DNA of 63,610 nt. It comes from a virus. Taxonomy: Duplodnaviria > Caudoviricetes. The notes below the pieces were generated by a model, which did not search any database, was not told the DNA's origin, and saw only the letters and a program-made list of their open reading frames with translations. The position numbers and the translations under genes were made by a program. Shown piece by piece: positions 10,712 through 19,734 of the stretch; position 1 is the first letter of the stretch, and each line of letters opens with the position of its first letter. Where the stretch lies: IMG/VR virus record IMGVR_UViG_3300009155_000004, positions 1 to 63,610 of that record, one strand, 5' to 3'.

Positions 10712-11259
10712 AATACGATGCAAATATTTCTTTCAAACATTCTGTACAGTTTTTTTCCGTCAATATCAAACCTGTACTCTGTGTCAGGCTGATACGATAC
10801 CAATGTGCCAGCAGGGATATCAATGGCATCACTAATGTATGCGAGCTTACCAATCAATGGCTGCTCTACGCCAACCTCAAATACAGACAGATCCTTTTGC
10901 TTCTCAATTGGCTCCACAAAGCAATAAGGCGAGTGGGCCATCCATTCACTATTATTCTTTTTGTATAGGAAGAACTGATCAAAATCTAAAATGTACAAAT
11001 TATCTTTAAGGTGCGACATTGACTTGCGCTCCTTACCCTTCATATCGTAATAACTTCTAAATACATTATGATGAACCACAAGCTCATCTCCTGACTCAAT
11101 TGGACCATCATAGCCAATTGGTGTATTAATTACTGTAGCGAACCTATTGGTGGCCTTATGGTCTTCTTTTGATGTGCTAATAATTAGCCCACTCTCCCTA
11201 ACATTGTCGTAAGATTTACCACCAACCGGTTCTACAATAAAGTAGAACGGGGATCTCAT
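10708..11259 (-). CDS. GroES-like (divergent, probably two-domain) co-chaperonin
   Basis: ESGLII...ATVINTP...IESGDELVVHH followed by a second similar beta unit ending IDGKKLYRM. Confidence 0.55.
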   Translation of the reverse strand: MRSPFYFIVEPVGGKSYDNVRESGLIISTSKEDHKATNRFATVINTPIGYDGPIESGDELVVHHNVFRSYYDMKGKERKSMSHLKDNLYILDFDQFFLYKKNNSEWMAHSPYCFVEPIEKQKDLSVFEVGVEQPLIGKLAYISDAIDIPAGTLVSYQPDTEYRFDIDGKKLYRMFERNICIVL

Positions 11260-11480
11260 TATAAAAAGTCTATATTAAATTCAATTGATACAGGCATATT
11301 ATGTGTGAACTTCTTCCACACTAATACTTCTTTATCTCTTTCGATGTATATTAAAATAGCCCCATCATTCGTTGATAAAATTTGATGAATGACATAGCTA
11401 CCGTTAAGAACTGACTGACCTACAACGTAGTTCATTGCGTTCTTGTAGTCAGTACCAACTGCTATCTTTCTGATTATCAT
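11259..11480 (-). CDS. Hypothetical protein
   Basis: MIIRKIAVGTDYKNAMNYVVGQ; coupled to flanking genes. Confidence 0.55.
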   Translation of the reverse strand: MIIRKIAVGTDYKNAMNYVVGQSVLNGSYVIHQILSTNDGAILIYIERDKEVLVWKKFTHNMPVSIEFNIDFL

Positions 11481-11731
11481 ATAACAAGCACCCAGCCGGA
11501 TGTCTTTTTGATATACAGGTTCTCTGTGTCTGCTTGAAAACACAAAGCTCCTGGGCTAACAGTTAACGCAGTTCTTGCAGCAGCATTCGCTACACTGTAT
11601 GTATTTTTGTACACATAGTCTCTAAGTGCAGATAGTTGAATGTTTACTGTAGATAAATCGCTATTTGAAGACAACAATAATTCTGTGCCTGTTAAATCTG
11701 TATCTTTTGTATAACTTGATATTTTAGCCAT
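11477..11731 (-). CDS. Small fibre/structural-like protein
   Basis: MAKISSY start and GALCFQADTENLYIKKTSGW knob-like motif. Confidence 0.45.
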   Translation of the reverse strand: MAKISSYTKDTDLTGTELLLSSNSDLSTVNIQLSALRDYVYKNTYSVANAAARTALTVSPGALCFQADTENLYIKKTSGWVLVI

Positions 11732-11987
11732 TTTTGTATTCTCCTGTTTGTAAGTTTACTGTGATGTTGCCATACTCTTCTGACAACTCATGCTGAAACA
11801 ATTGTAGGTCTTTTGCAACACCTTCAATTCTTTCAATAAATTCTTGTTTTGCTACGTCCGCACTTACCATTTGAGCTTTTGCTCTTGATACTTGTATTTC
11901 TACGTCTGCAATTGAGTCCTTTAAATATCGTAAGTCACGATTTAAATTCACTAACTTTTCTAATTGGTCTTCTTTAATTTTATTCAT
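11724..11987 (-). CDS. Coiled-coil hypothetical protein
   Basis: Heptad pattern; C-terminal EEYGNITVNLQTGEY. Confidence 0.55.
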   Translation of the reverse strand: MNKIKEDQLEKLVNLNRDLRYLKDSIADVEIQVSRAKAQMVSADVAKQEFIERIEGVAKDLQLFQHELSEEYGNITVNLQTGEYKNG

Positions 11988-12379
11988 TTTAATAATTTAT
12001 ATAGTATGATTGCTAAGATAACCAACAGTACAAGGGGAAGACCCTTGTATAGATACTTGCTATCTTGATATTCAATTACCTTGTATGGCACTCTGTCATG
12101 CGTCACAACTCTTATTGTGTCTGGCTTGACAGTTGCCTTGAAGTATATTTTCTTTTCTTTAACGATGAACTTCAGCTTTAACACTGTGTCCTCGTATGTC
12201 ATTGTGTCCGTGATGTAAAAACTATCGGTGTGGTTGTACTCCTCAGTTATTACCGTGGTATCATGCACAATAACTTTTTCTTTATTGAATAGTGTTGGAT
12301 CCTTCTTAAGCGCACGGTTTAAGTGCCACTCAGCGGAGCATGATGTAAGTAATAATATGAGGAGTATCGACCTTAGCAC
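11984..12379 (-). CDS. Lipoprotein with C-terminal TM helix, putative unimolecular spanin
   Basis: Lipobox LLLTSC after a short signal peptide; beta-rich middle; hydrophobic C-terminus GLPLVLLVILAIILY. Confidence 0.6.
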   Translation of the reverse strand: MLRSILLILLLTSCSAEWHLNRALKKDPTLFNKEKVIVHDTTVITEEYNHTDSFYITDTMTYEDTVLKLKFIVKEKKIYFKATVKPDTIRVVTHDRVPYKVIEYQDSKYLYKGLPLVLLVILAIILYKLLK

Positions 12380-12483
12380 TTCTTTGAGTTCTTTGCAACA
12401 GGGTTGTTTGCTGTTCCTGGCTTGCCTTTAGATGTCATCTTTTTAGGCGCTGCCGGCTTGGTGTTTTTAATGGTAATTGCCAT
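12373..12483 (-). CDS. Small basic protein (36 aa, not in ORF track)
   Basis: MAITIKNTKPAAPKKMTSKGKPGTANNPVAKNSKKC fills the gap between neighbours. Confidence 0.5.
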   Translation of the reverse strand: MAITIKNTKPAAPKKMTSKGKPGTANNPVAKNSKKC

Positions 12484-12485
12484 GA

Positions 12486-12677
12486 TTATTTTTTTGCTGC
12501 GTTTTTAAACATCATTTTAGCTGCGGTAGCTTTACCTACTGCAACGGCCTTCTTAGCAGGCATACCTTTTTTCTCATAGCTTTTAGCTACGCTTTCAGCC
12601 ATAGGTGCAAAGTTTTTACCCTTCTTCCCGATGTCTTTACCAGCAACGGCTTTCTTTACGATTGTAGATTTTTTCAT
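12486..12677 (-). CDS. Small Lys/Ala-rich basic protein
   Basis: GKDIGKKGKNF motif; promoter motif at 12686-12693. Confidence 0.6.
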   Translation of the reverse strand: MKKSTIVKKAVAGKDIGKKGKNFAPMAESVAKSYEKKGMPAKKAVAVGKATAAKMMFKNAAKK

Positions 12678-12704
12678 ATTGCCTTCAAAGATAGTTATTT
12701 TTCA

Positions 12705-12902
12705 TTAATCTACACTAGTAATAATACCATTTGTAATGTGTAAGTTTTGTTGACCAGGAGGATTTGTTGGCACAGTAAATGTGCCGGTGTATCCTGTAGG
12801 AGCACTATCTATCAACTTCCATAGTGTCTTCAGCATCCAGTCAATCGACATTGGTACGCTGACACTATACTCGTTGTAATTTTTAGGGGGCCTTAAGATC
12901 AT
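12705..12902 (-). CDS. Hypothetical protein with fibre-like C-terminus
   Basis: GYTGTFTV...HITNGIITSV; promoter motif at 12907-12914. Confidence 0.5.
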   Translation of the reverse strand: MILRPPKNYNEYSVSVPMSIDWMLKTLWKLIDSAPTGYTGTFTVPTNPPGQQNLHITNGIITSVD

Positions 12903-12914
12903 AGCACAAAGATA

Positions 12915-13190
12915 CTACTTCTTTGTGGACTTATTGTTTGAGCCGTTACGCGCTCTGTTTGCTTTTGTCTTCTCAATCACAACGGAGCCATCCTTCTTGT
13001 GGCTTAGATCAACGCCTTTCGCTGCTCGCTTGCCATAGATGCCACGTTGGTGCGCTTCTTTATTGAGCTCTTCACGATACTTCACGCGTGCAGGGGATGC
13101 CTGATACGCTTTGTCGTATGAGTAATCTCTGCCAGTAGCTTTATTGCTGCCCGGTCTATTGTTCTTCGCTACTATTTTGTTCTTTGGCAT
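12915..13190 (-). CDS. Small basic protein with HNH-like remnant (DLSHKKDG...NRARN)
   Basis: 91 aa, basic. Confidence 0.5.
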   Translation of the reverse strand: MPKNKIVAKNNRPGSNKATGRDYSYDKAYQASPARVKYREELNKEAHQRGIYGKRAAKGVDLSHKKDGSVVIEKTKANRARNGSNNKSTKK

Positions 13191-13380
13191 TTGGCTTAAA
13201 CTTTTCTGCTACTGTTCCAATTCCGTATGCGATAGATATGTATTCTACGGCCTCAATTGCCTTTTCGTCTTTATGTATGAACATATATGCGATTAAAGAT
13301 ATAAACCCAATGGCTCCAAGCACTCTCTTATGAGAGGCCCCTTCGCTTGACGAGAACATATCTACAAAGAATTTTTTCAT
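13156..13380 (-). CDS. Putative holin
   Basis: 74 aa with two hydrophobic segments; SHKRVLG motif. Confidence 0.5.
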   Translation of the reverse strand: MKKFFVDMFSSSEGASHKRVLGAIGFISLIAYMFIHKDEKAIEAVEYISIAYGIGTVAEKFKPNAKEQNSSEEQ

Positions 13381-13712
13381 TGTAATATATCTGATTGCGT
13401 ACTTGTGATCTTCATCATCATACCGCCCTCAACTCTTTTGATCTCTTGACCATTGTTCAACACAATAATTGTTGGAACGGTTTTGATCTTCATTTTTGAC
13501 TTTAGCTCAGGGAACTTATCCAAAGATAAGAAGTAATAGTTTACTGAGTTTGCCGGCTTCCATTGATAGCTGTTCTGTTTATTCCATTCATAGTTCAACT
13601 GGATAACAACTTTTCCTTTATTGATATCAGGAACACCTTGCTCAGGTTTTGAAAAGCTAATCCAAATAAGTAATATTGGCAAGGATATGAATATGGCTAA
13701 AAACTTTTTCAT
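13377..13712 (-). CDS. Secreted/membrane-anchored thioredoxin-fold-like protein lacking CxxC
   Basis: N-terminal signal or TM segment; KIKTVPTIIVLNNGQEIKRVEG resembles a thioredoxin C-terminal half; no Cys. Confidence 0.5.
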   Translation of the reverse strand: MKKFLAIFISLPILLIWISFSKPEQGVPDINKGKVVIQLNYEWNKQNSYQWKPANSVNYYFLSLDKFPELKSKMKIKTVPTIIVLNNGQEIKRVEGGMMMKITSTQSDILQ

Positions 13713-13981
13713 CTCATTAAGCGTTCTTCCATTTTCTCAAGCCTAAGATCTATTTTCTCAACTTTCTTATCAATGTTATCTACTGTTGTTCGTAGCAATT
13801 GATCTTTTAGCTGATACTCTTCTGCTGATACCGCTGGTTTAGGTAAACTCTTCGCCTCTTCAATGTCAGATGAAAGCTTATAGTAAACACCCATTAATGA
13901 TACTAAACCACAAACTATAACCACCAAGAACTCTAATGTTAATGTAAACTTAGTGTTCTTCCCTACTTCAATATTATCCAT
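13709..13981 (-). CDS. Single-TM coiled-coil protein (lysis-associated?)
   Basis: TM helix followed by heptad repeats; promoter motif at 13986-13993. Confidence 0.5.
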   Translation of the reverse strand: MDNIEVGKNTKFTLTLEFLVVIVCGLVSLMGVYYKLSSDIEEAKSLPKPAVSAEEYQLKDQLLRTTVDNIDKKVEKIDLRLEKMEERLMR

Positions 13982-14012
13982 TATGCAAATATAACAAATC
14001 TATATTAAACGC

Positions 14013-14216
14013 TTATTCTGGAACAGGTGTATATTCAATTCTTTCAAGTTCGTTTAATTGGTCGTGAATATCTGCAAAATTAGGGTCGTCTAAAACTTCT
14101 AATCCTGTTATATATCTACTTGAACCATCTAAAGCAAATATTAGTTCCCAACAACCATTTTTATAGCCGTTTAATGCGTTGTATTGGTCTGGGTTTGGGT
14201 GTAATACTATTATCAT
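14013..14216 (-). CDS. Hypothetical protein (possible fibre chaperone)
   Basis: 67 aa, coupled to the upstream fibre-like gene. Confidence 0.45.
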   Translation of the reverse strand: MIIVLHPNPDQYNALNGYKNGCWELIFALDGSSRYITGLEVLDDPNFADIHDQLNELERIEYTPVPE

Positions 14217-14965
14217 AATGATGTCATATAAGTGTTCAAAATAGTATAGTAAGTACTCGCAAGTGAAGATAAATCAGCTCCAAGTGATTGAATGGAAATT
14301 TGATTAGCAGAATACGAAGTATTTGACCTTAATAATGCAGCAGCCCCTCCAGTTTGATTTCTAGTTTGCAAAGGACTTGCTAATAAAGTATTGTTATTGT
14401 ATTGATTATATCCAAGACTTGAATTTCTAGAATACATAATAAATCCAACTGAAGAAGTTGCATTGAGTGTTGTAGCATTCGAAGAATTTATACCATTATT
14501 TCCCGAAGATGTTTTTTGAATGTTTGAACGAGTTGAAGCAAAATTAGATGTTGCAATAGGGCTTGAAGGTGTAATATTTCTAACCCATACCATTTGGTGT
14601 GCGCTATCGTCTGCATAATTTACCCTCTGTGTTGCACCATTATAATTCAAGTCAATATAAGCACTCGTTCCATTGCCTGTAAATCCTTGATTAGTTGTAA
14701 AAGTAAGAGTTGGTATTCCCGTATAAGTTACCAATCGTTTCCAATCTATTAATGCATAATTACTATTACCATCAGTTGCAAAAACTCCAAACGTGTCTAA
14801 CTTATCCCAAATTCCTGCTGCTTTCAAATCTACAAGCATTTTATTTTGTTTAAATTGTTGTGATGCACTTGGTAAAGTTGAAATATCTTTTGCATACTGC
14901 AAAATCGCTTGATAACTTGGATCAAATGATGAGCTTGCGATTATGCCATTAATTCCTAAAATCAT
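14213..14965 (-). CDS. Putative fibre/lectin-like (ConA-fold) virion protein
   Basis: LKAAGIWDKLD and GFTGNGTSAYID motifs; Ser/Asn-rich. Confidence 0.5.
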   Translation of the reverse strand: MILGINGIIASSSFDPSYQAILQYAKDISTLPSASQQFKQNKMLVDLKAAGIWDKLDTFGVFATDGNSNYALIDWKRLVTYTGIPTLTFTTNQGFTGNGTSAYIDLNYNGATQRVNYADDSAHQMVWVRNITPSSPIATSNFASTRSNIQKTSSGNNGINSSNATTLNATSSVGFIMYSRNSSLGYNQYNNNTLLASPLQTRNQTGGAAALLRSNTSYSANQISIQSLGADLSSLASTYYTILNTYMTSL

Positions 14966-14968
14966 AGA

Positions 14969-15886
14969 TTATGTTGTTAAGCTACCAAATAAATACCACT
15001 CATCAGTTGCTATCTTAATTAATGTAGCACCACTATATTGAGTAGCTAATTTCAACCAACCAGAAGTGCTTCTTATTGTTACGCCACTTGTTGCGACAAC
15101 TGTGGTCTGACCAGCTCCATATTGTGATAATAAAATTTGTGTACCTGTAGGAAACGCAATGCTTGAGTTTAATGGAACAGTTAGATTATTTGCAGTTGCT
15201 ACGTTCATCTCAACTAACTTGTTTGCATCGCTTAATGCCAATGTATAGCTTGCTGTTTGTCTATTTGTTGTAATTACAGAATCTTGCTTTGCATTCCAAG
15301 TTGCTGCACTTGCTATTTTTGCATCTGCAATAGCTACACCATTCCAAGTTGCACTTGTTATTGAGCCAGGGTAGTCAAATGTATTTGTTGACCAACTTAC
15401 ATTTGATGGTGCTAATTCGTGACGCTCCCATGTGCCTGCTGCTGTAGCGTTGGATAATAATGTAATTATTGTATCACCACCACTTGGCACTGACGCAACT
15501 AATGTATTACTATTATTGTTTACTGTGATTGCACCACTGCTTTGATTATTGTTGAAGTAAAATGATATACCATTATCTAGCGTAGTTGCGTCTGGCAATT
15601 TTATTACTTGACCACCACTACCAGTCACTACATAGCTTGGCGTAGATGATGCAGTTAATACAATTTGTGTTCCGCTTGCGGCAACACTTGTAAATCCTTC
15701 AGTGAATCTATTTGCGCTTGCTTTATTTGTAAAGTTTATTGCACTTGTTGATGCTTGCATTGGCAAGTCATTACCAGCTCCATCAGATAATGTTTTTAAT
15801 GTACCATCAAGTGCAGCACTATCTCCCGTTTTAATTAAACCAGTATACGTGTCTTGCGGTTTTGTATTTATTAATGAAGTTCCCAT
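14969..15886 (-). CDS. Tail fibre-like protein
   Basis: Thr/Ser/Ala-rich; QTASYTLALSDA...FPTGTQI...LIKIATDEWYLFG C-terminal module; likely start MGTSL at 15886. Confidence 0.6.
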   Translation of the reverse strand: MGTSLINTKPQDTYTGLIKTGDSAALDGTLKTLSDGAGNDLPMQASTSAINFTNKASANRFTEGFTSVAASGTQIVLTASSTPSYVVTGSGGQVIKLPDATTLDNGISFYFNNNQSSGAITVNNNSNTLVASVPSGGDTIITLLSNATAAGTWERHELAPSNVSWSTNTFDYPGSITSATWNGVAIADAKIASAATWNAKQDSVITTNRQTASYTLALSDANKLVEMNVATANNLTVPLNSSIAFPTGTQILLSQYGAGQTTVVATSGVTIRSTSGWLKLATQYSGATLIKIATDEWYLFGSLTT

Positions 15887-15888
15887 TT

Positions 15889-16035
15889 TTATAAGCAATT
15901 ATTCCAATTTGTATTTATATTGTTCCAATTTTGTGCATCGTATAAGTTCCAGTCAGTCGTAGCAAAGCACAAAACAGGCGGAGCTCCACCGGATTTAAGT
16001 ATTGTTGCTATTTCAATGACGATACCAATAATCAT
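15889..16035 (-). CDS. Small hypothetical protein (48 aa, not in ORF track)
   Basis: MIIGIVIEIATILKSGG...QNWNNINTNWNNCL fills the gap. Confidence 0.45.
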   Translation of the reverse strand: MIIGIVIEIATILKSGGAPPVLCFATTDWNLYDAQNWNNINTNWNNCL

Positions 16036-16036
16036 A

Positions 16037-16291
16037 TTACCAGATCGCTACAATATTTGATGCCGCTGTTCCGGTTGCAAACACTTGAAGTACCTGTACC
16101 GGCATATATCCAACTGGATGATTAGCAAATAAAACATTATCACCACCAACTGTTTGAACAGTAATATTACCTGCGGTTCCAATGTATAGAACGCATCCAT
16201 TACTGATGCCATTCATTACTGAGGGAATTAATGCTGAATCTGATGGGGTTACCGCTGCTGCTCTATACCCCTGTAGTTTTTGATATGCCAT
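16037..16291 (-). CDS. Small virion protein
   Basis: AAVTPSD...LYIGTAGNITV...PVQVLQVFATGTAASNIVA, a pattern common in podovirus structural modules; promoter motif at 16301-16308. Confidence 0.6.
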   Translation of the reverse strand: MAYQKLQGYRAAAVTPSDSALIPSVMNGISNGCVLYIGTAGNITVQTVGGDNVLFANHPVGYMPVQVLQVFATGTAASNIVAIW

Positions 16292-16320
16292 AATTTTCTA
16301 CAAATATAGTTAATTTTGGT

Positions 16321-16605
16321 TTAGCACTTCCATCTTTTTCTGGCCTGCCTTAATCTTGAATTGGGATCAGCGGCTGCCTTCGGGAAGTCTTTCATCTGCC
16401 CAGCACTGCGCGCACAGAATGACTTACGTCTCTTTGCGTCAGCACTACCAGGTTTTACATCACCCGTTACGGCGGTACGCAGACGGCTGCCTGGGTTTGC
16501 TTTACGATACGCAGCCACGCCTTTTGCTGTCATGCCGGCCCCTTTGCTTGTCGGCAAATAGTTAGCACTTTTGCCTGTTGTTGTTTTAGGTATAGACTTT
16601 GCCAT
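16321..16605 (-). CDS. Small basic phage protein (DUF6321-like)
   Basis: GMTAKGVAAYR...RRKSFCARS...DPNSRLRQARKRWKC signature. Confidence 0.7.
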   Translation of the reverse strand: MAKSIPKTTTGKSANYLPTSKGAGMTAKGVAAYRKANPGSRLRTAVTGDVKPGSADAKRRKSFCARSAGQMKDFPKAAADPNSRLRQARKRWKC

Positions 16606-16606
16606 A

Positions 16607-16732
16607 TTATCTTCCTTGCCCTCTATATTTCTTATCAGGTTTATTATTTTTACTATGAACGCCAGGTCTACTAGCCTTCGGTTTCAGAGTGAACTTCTTG
16701 CTCGACTCCGTCTGCTTCTTTGGTTTCGCCAT
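16607..16732 (-). CDS. Small basic protein ending YRGQGR (41 aa, not in ORF track)
   Basis: MAKPKKQTESSKKFTLKPKASRPGVHSKNNKPDKKYRGQGR; its stop abuts the next ATG. Confidence 0.65.
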   Translation of the reverse strand: MAKPKKQTESSKKFTLKPKASRPGVHSKNNKPDKKYRGQGR

Positions 16733-16862
16733 AAGGGAATAATTCGTTTAGTTTTTCTTGTCTTGCCTCACATCCGCAATCTTCGCCCACAACAGCCTTC
16801 ACAACAGCCTTTACGCCTGTCGCTTCCATTATTGCTGCAATTGTATCGCCTAATCCGTGCAT
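16671..16862 (-). CDS. Hypothetical protein (GLGDT...DCGC...KLNELFP family)
   Basis: Recurrent small-phage-protein motif; promoter motif at 16869-16876. Confidence 0.6.
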   Translation of the reverse strand: MHGLGDTIAAIMEATGVKAVVKAVVGEDCGCEARQEKLNELFPYGETKEADGVEQEVHSETEG

Positions 16863-16868
16863 TTTATG

Positions 16869-16886
16869 CAAATATAAGTATCTTTG
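16869..16886. promoter_or_regulatory. Back-to-back divergent -7 elements
   Basis: TATATTTG on minus (16869-16876) and TATCTTTG on plus (16879-16886). Confidence 0.65.
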
Positions 16887-16891
16887 TTGAT

Positions 16892-17404
16892 ATGAAAAAA
16901 ACTGGAATCAAACGATGTGAAGAAAGAATTGAAAAACAAAGAATACGCGAAGCCAAGAACCATATCCCTGCCCCAATCGAACCTATCAAGTATAATTACC
17001 TAAAATATTGGAGGCTTGTAAAGTACTGGGCACAAGTTGAGATGAAGTTAATGGAGACTGACGTGTATATGCTTTTGTACATCTACGCAGAGCGTCCGTT
17101 CACCATGACATACTTTAAGCAATATGACTCAACCTTCACACATCAACACTCAAAGTTTGACCGCTTCCTACGCGAAGGCTATATCGTTAAGTTCAGGCAA
17201 AACTATAAGACTTACGGGACCCTCTACACCATTTCATTTAAAGGCAAGAAGATCTGCGATGACATCTATAAAATCTTAGAAGGCAAGAAGCACGTCCAAG
17301 TTGGTGGTAAGCAGCACTATGTCAAGCAGGTCACCAATATTGCCCTTCGCAGAATGAAGAGAGACACTACGCCTGTAGAAGAACGACGACGTCCGCTTCT
17401 TTAA
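16892..17404 (+). CDS. Winged-helix-like DNA-binding protein (the only plus-strand gene in the late arm)
   Basis: Start MKKTG at 16892 after a -7 element; FDRFLREGYIVKFR...LYTISFKGKKIC wing motif. Confidence 0.55.
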   Translation: MKKTGIKRCEERIEKQRIREAKNHIPAPIEPIKYNYLKYWRLVKYWAQVEMKLMETDVYMLLYIYAERPFTMTYFKQYDSTFTHQHSKFDRFLREGYIVKFRQNYKTYGTLYTISFKGKKICDDIYKILEGKKHVQVGGKQHYVKQVTNIALRRMKRDTTPVEERRRPLL

Positions 17405-17630
17405 TCACACCGTACACCGCGCCATCAATGCGCACCTGATGCCCATTGCGCTTGTCAAAGTATATCATGTCGCCCTCTTTTACTGCCAGCACCTCGTTGC
17501 CAACACTCACAACTGTGCCTTTGCCGTAGCGCATCTCGTCATTCTCGACGTTTGTCAATAGCAAACCAGAGGAGGTCTTAGCCTCCTCGATGATTTGATT
17601 GATGATTATGTATTTATTTACAGCTCTCAT
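17367..17630 (-). CDS. groES: Co-chaperonin GroES
   Basis: KTSSGLLL, GTVVSVG, VKEGDMIYF, IKEADVV; ATGA-coupled to groEL. Confidence 0.9.
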   Translation of the reverse strand: MRAVNKYIIINQIIEEAKTSSGLLLTNVENDEMRYGKGTVVSVGNEVLAVKEGDMIYFDKRNGHQVRIDGAVYGVIKEADVVVLLQA

Positions 17631-19165
17631 TTAGCTCTCATGTTATAGATGATACAATTGGTCCCTAAGATTGTCGTAGATACACTCACAGCGTTCTCTA
17701 AGGCATTCTTTGTAACTTTTGAGGGGTCTATGACGCCCATCTCCTTTAAATCGCCTGTAGCGGCTGTTTTGACATTGTATCCAAGGCCCGTTTGTGCAAA
17801 ATTTTCTCTAATCACATCAGCATTGTCAACATTGATGCCTGCATTCTCTAAAATTATGTAGAATGGAGCCACAATTGACGCTGCCATAATCTTTCTGGCA
17901 ATACTATGCTTGTCTTTGGCCCACATTTTCTCGACAATTGACAGTAATGCGTACCCACCACCTGGCAGTATCCCCTCTTCAAGGGCTGCTTTGGTCGCGC
18001 ACACCGCGTCATCCACCCTGTCTTTCTTCTCTTTTTGCTCAATATCACTGCTTGCACCCACATAAATGACAGCAACACCACCTGCAAGGTTCGCAATGCG
18101 CTCTTCTTTGAACGCTGCATCGTCTGTTGTCATCCCTTTGATCTCTTCAATGCGAGCTTTGGCGCTTGCGCTGTCCTTTAGGATCACAACACTGGCATCT
18201 TTACCAACCACGACCTTATTTGCTTGACCAAGGTCACTAATTGTCATCAATGAGAAGTCATCACCCGTGTCATCAGTGATATACTTGCCGCCTGTCGCAA
18301 TTGCCAGGTCAGACATCAGGTCCTGCTTCTTATATCCAAATTGTGGAGGCAAGATCACTGCAACCTTTAATACTCCCTTCATCTTGTTAAGATTCAACGA
18401 GTTAAGCGCATTCTCGCCCATCTCAGAGATGATAAGTATGCTGCGATTCTGTCTGTGCACTTCTGCCAGAATGTGCTCAATGCTTTGTAGTGACGCTATT
18501 TCTTGATCTGAGATCAAGATGTACGGGTTCTCCAGCACAGCCTCTTGTCTCTTCTCGTCTGTCACCATGTACTTGCTTGAGTAGCCACGCTTGATGCGCA
18601 TCCCGTTCACCACCTCAGAGTATGTCATGCTTGTCGATGAGTTCTCAACAGTCACAGCGCCATCCTTGCCCACTTTAATGTACGCGTCAGCCACAATCTC
18701 TCCGATCTCTTTATCGTTGTTTGCAGATATTGTCGCCACGTCAAGCAAGCTGTCGTTTGTTACCGGCACAGCCATGTCGCTCAGGTCTTTGATAATCTCT
18801 TTTGATACTGCCACAATGTCTCTTAGCACAGATGGATCTTTCTCAATCCCTTCAGCGGTGTACGCGTCGATGATGGCCTCTGCGAGCACTAGGGCCGTTG
18901 AAGTTCCGTCTCCCGATATTGTCGCTGTCTTCTCGCTAGCTTCCTTCATCATTGTAACCGCAAGGTTCTCGATTGGATCGTCTAGCACAATTGACTTGGC
19001 AACAGTGACACCGTCCTTCGTTACAACAATACCACGTGTGTGATTCTCTGACTCAATCAGGACAGTCTGCCCCATTGGTCCTAATGTAGACTTGACCGCC
19101 TTCGCTATTTTGCGAACGCCACTCATCAGTCTATCTTGGTTAAATTCAATTTCTTTTACAATCAT
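17627..19165 (-). CDS. groEL: Chaperonin GroEL
   Basis: VKSTLGP, VTKDGVTVAK, GDGTST, EKKDRVDDAVCATKAALEEGILPGGG, GVIDP; promoter motif at 19173-19180. Confidence 0.95.
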   Translation of the reverse strand: MIVKEIEFNQDRLMSGVRKIAKAVKSTLGPMGQTVLIESENHTRGIVVTKDGVTVAKSIVLDDPIENLAVTMMKEASEKTATISGDGTSTALVLAEAIIDAYTAEGIEKDPSVLRDIVAVSKEIIKDLSDMAVPVTNDSLLDVATISANNDKEIGEIVADAYIKVGKDGAVTVENSSTSMTYSEVVNGMRIKRGYSSKYMVTDEKRQEAVLENPYILISDQEIASLQSIEHILAEVHRQNRSILIISEMGENALNSLNLNKMKGVLKVAVILPPQFGYKKQDLMSDLAIATGGKYITDDTGDDFSLMTISDLGQANKVVVGKDASVVILKDSASAKARIEEIKGMTTDDAAFKEERIANLAGGVAVIYVGASSDIEQKEKKDRVDDAVCATKAALEEGILPGGGYALLSIVEKMWAKDKHSIARKIMAASIVAPFYIILENAGINVDNADVIRENFAQTGLGYNVKTAATGDLKEMGVIDPSKVTKNALENAVSVSTTILGTNCIIYNMRAK

Positions 19166-19232
19166 TTTGTCGCAAATTTAAACAAAAAATGCGACATATA
19201 GCCGCATCTTTATAAGTTTGTTTGTTTTGATG

Positions 19233-19592
19233 TTAACGTTTTTTCTTTGTAGGGATTTTGTATCTTCCTTGTGATCTTTCTTCTGCCTCATTAGCCTTTG
19301 CTTGTGGCATATCTATCTTCTTTTGTTTTGCATCAGCAGCTTGATATCCGGCAGCTCTTCTTTCCCATGCCTTATTCATAACTGAATCTTGTTGAAATCC
19401 CCCTAGCTTTGACCCTCTTTTAATTTGAGTTACAGGTAAAATCTCTCTTTCGTATTTGGTCCTAGAATCTCCCATGATTTTCTCAGGAGTTCTTCTTTCT
19501 AACTGATTAGCTCTGCTTAATGATAAACTATTAATTGGCTCCGGAGTAGTACTCAACGGATAATCTCTGCCTTTTGGTTTTGGTGTTGCCAT
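19233..19592 (-). CDS. Hypothetical basic protein
   Basis: 119 aa; promoter motif at 19600-19607. Confidence 0.55.
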   Translation of the reverse strand: MATPKPKGRDYPLSTTPEPINSLSLSRANQLERRTPEKIMGDSRTKYEREILPVTQIKRGSKLGGFQQDSVMNKAWERRAAGYQAADAKQKKIDMPQAKANEAEERSQGRYKIPTKKKR

Positions 19593-19608
19593 AATGGTAC
19601 AAATATAA

Positions 19609-19734
19609 TTACTTTATTTTTGGTTTTACTTTTGGTGCTTTGACGATTAGCTTCTTGATCAGATGGTTGTTTGACTTGCCGTCCTTCTCAAGCATCTTAC
19701 CGTATACCTTGCCTAGGCCTTTGTCTTTTCTCAT
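19609..19734 (-). CDS. Small Lys-rich protein (41 aa, not in ORF track)
   Basis: MRKDKGLGKVYGKMLEK...PKIK; ATGA overlap with the amidase stop. Confidence 0.45.
   Translation of the reverse strand: MRKDKGLGKVYGKMLEKDGKSNNHLIKKLIVKAPKVKPKIK

Noticed and set aside
16571-16891. N-terminal extension of the 277-aa plus-strand ORF
   Set aside because: It overlaps credible minus-strand genes, and a -7 element sits just before the ATG at 16892.
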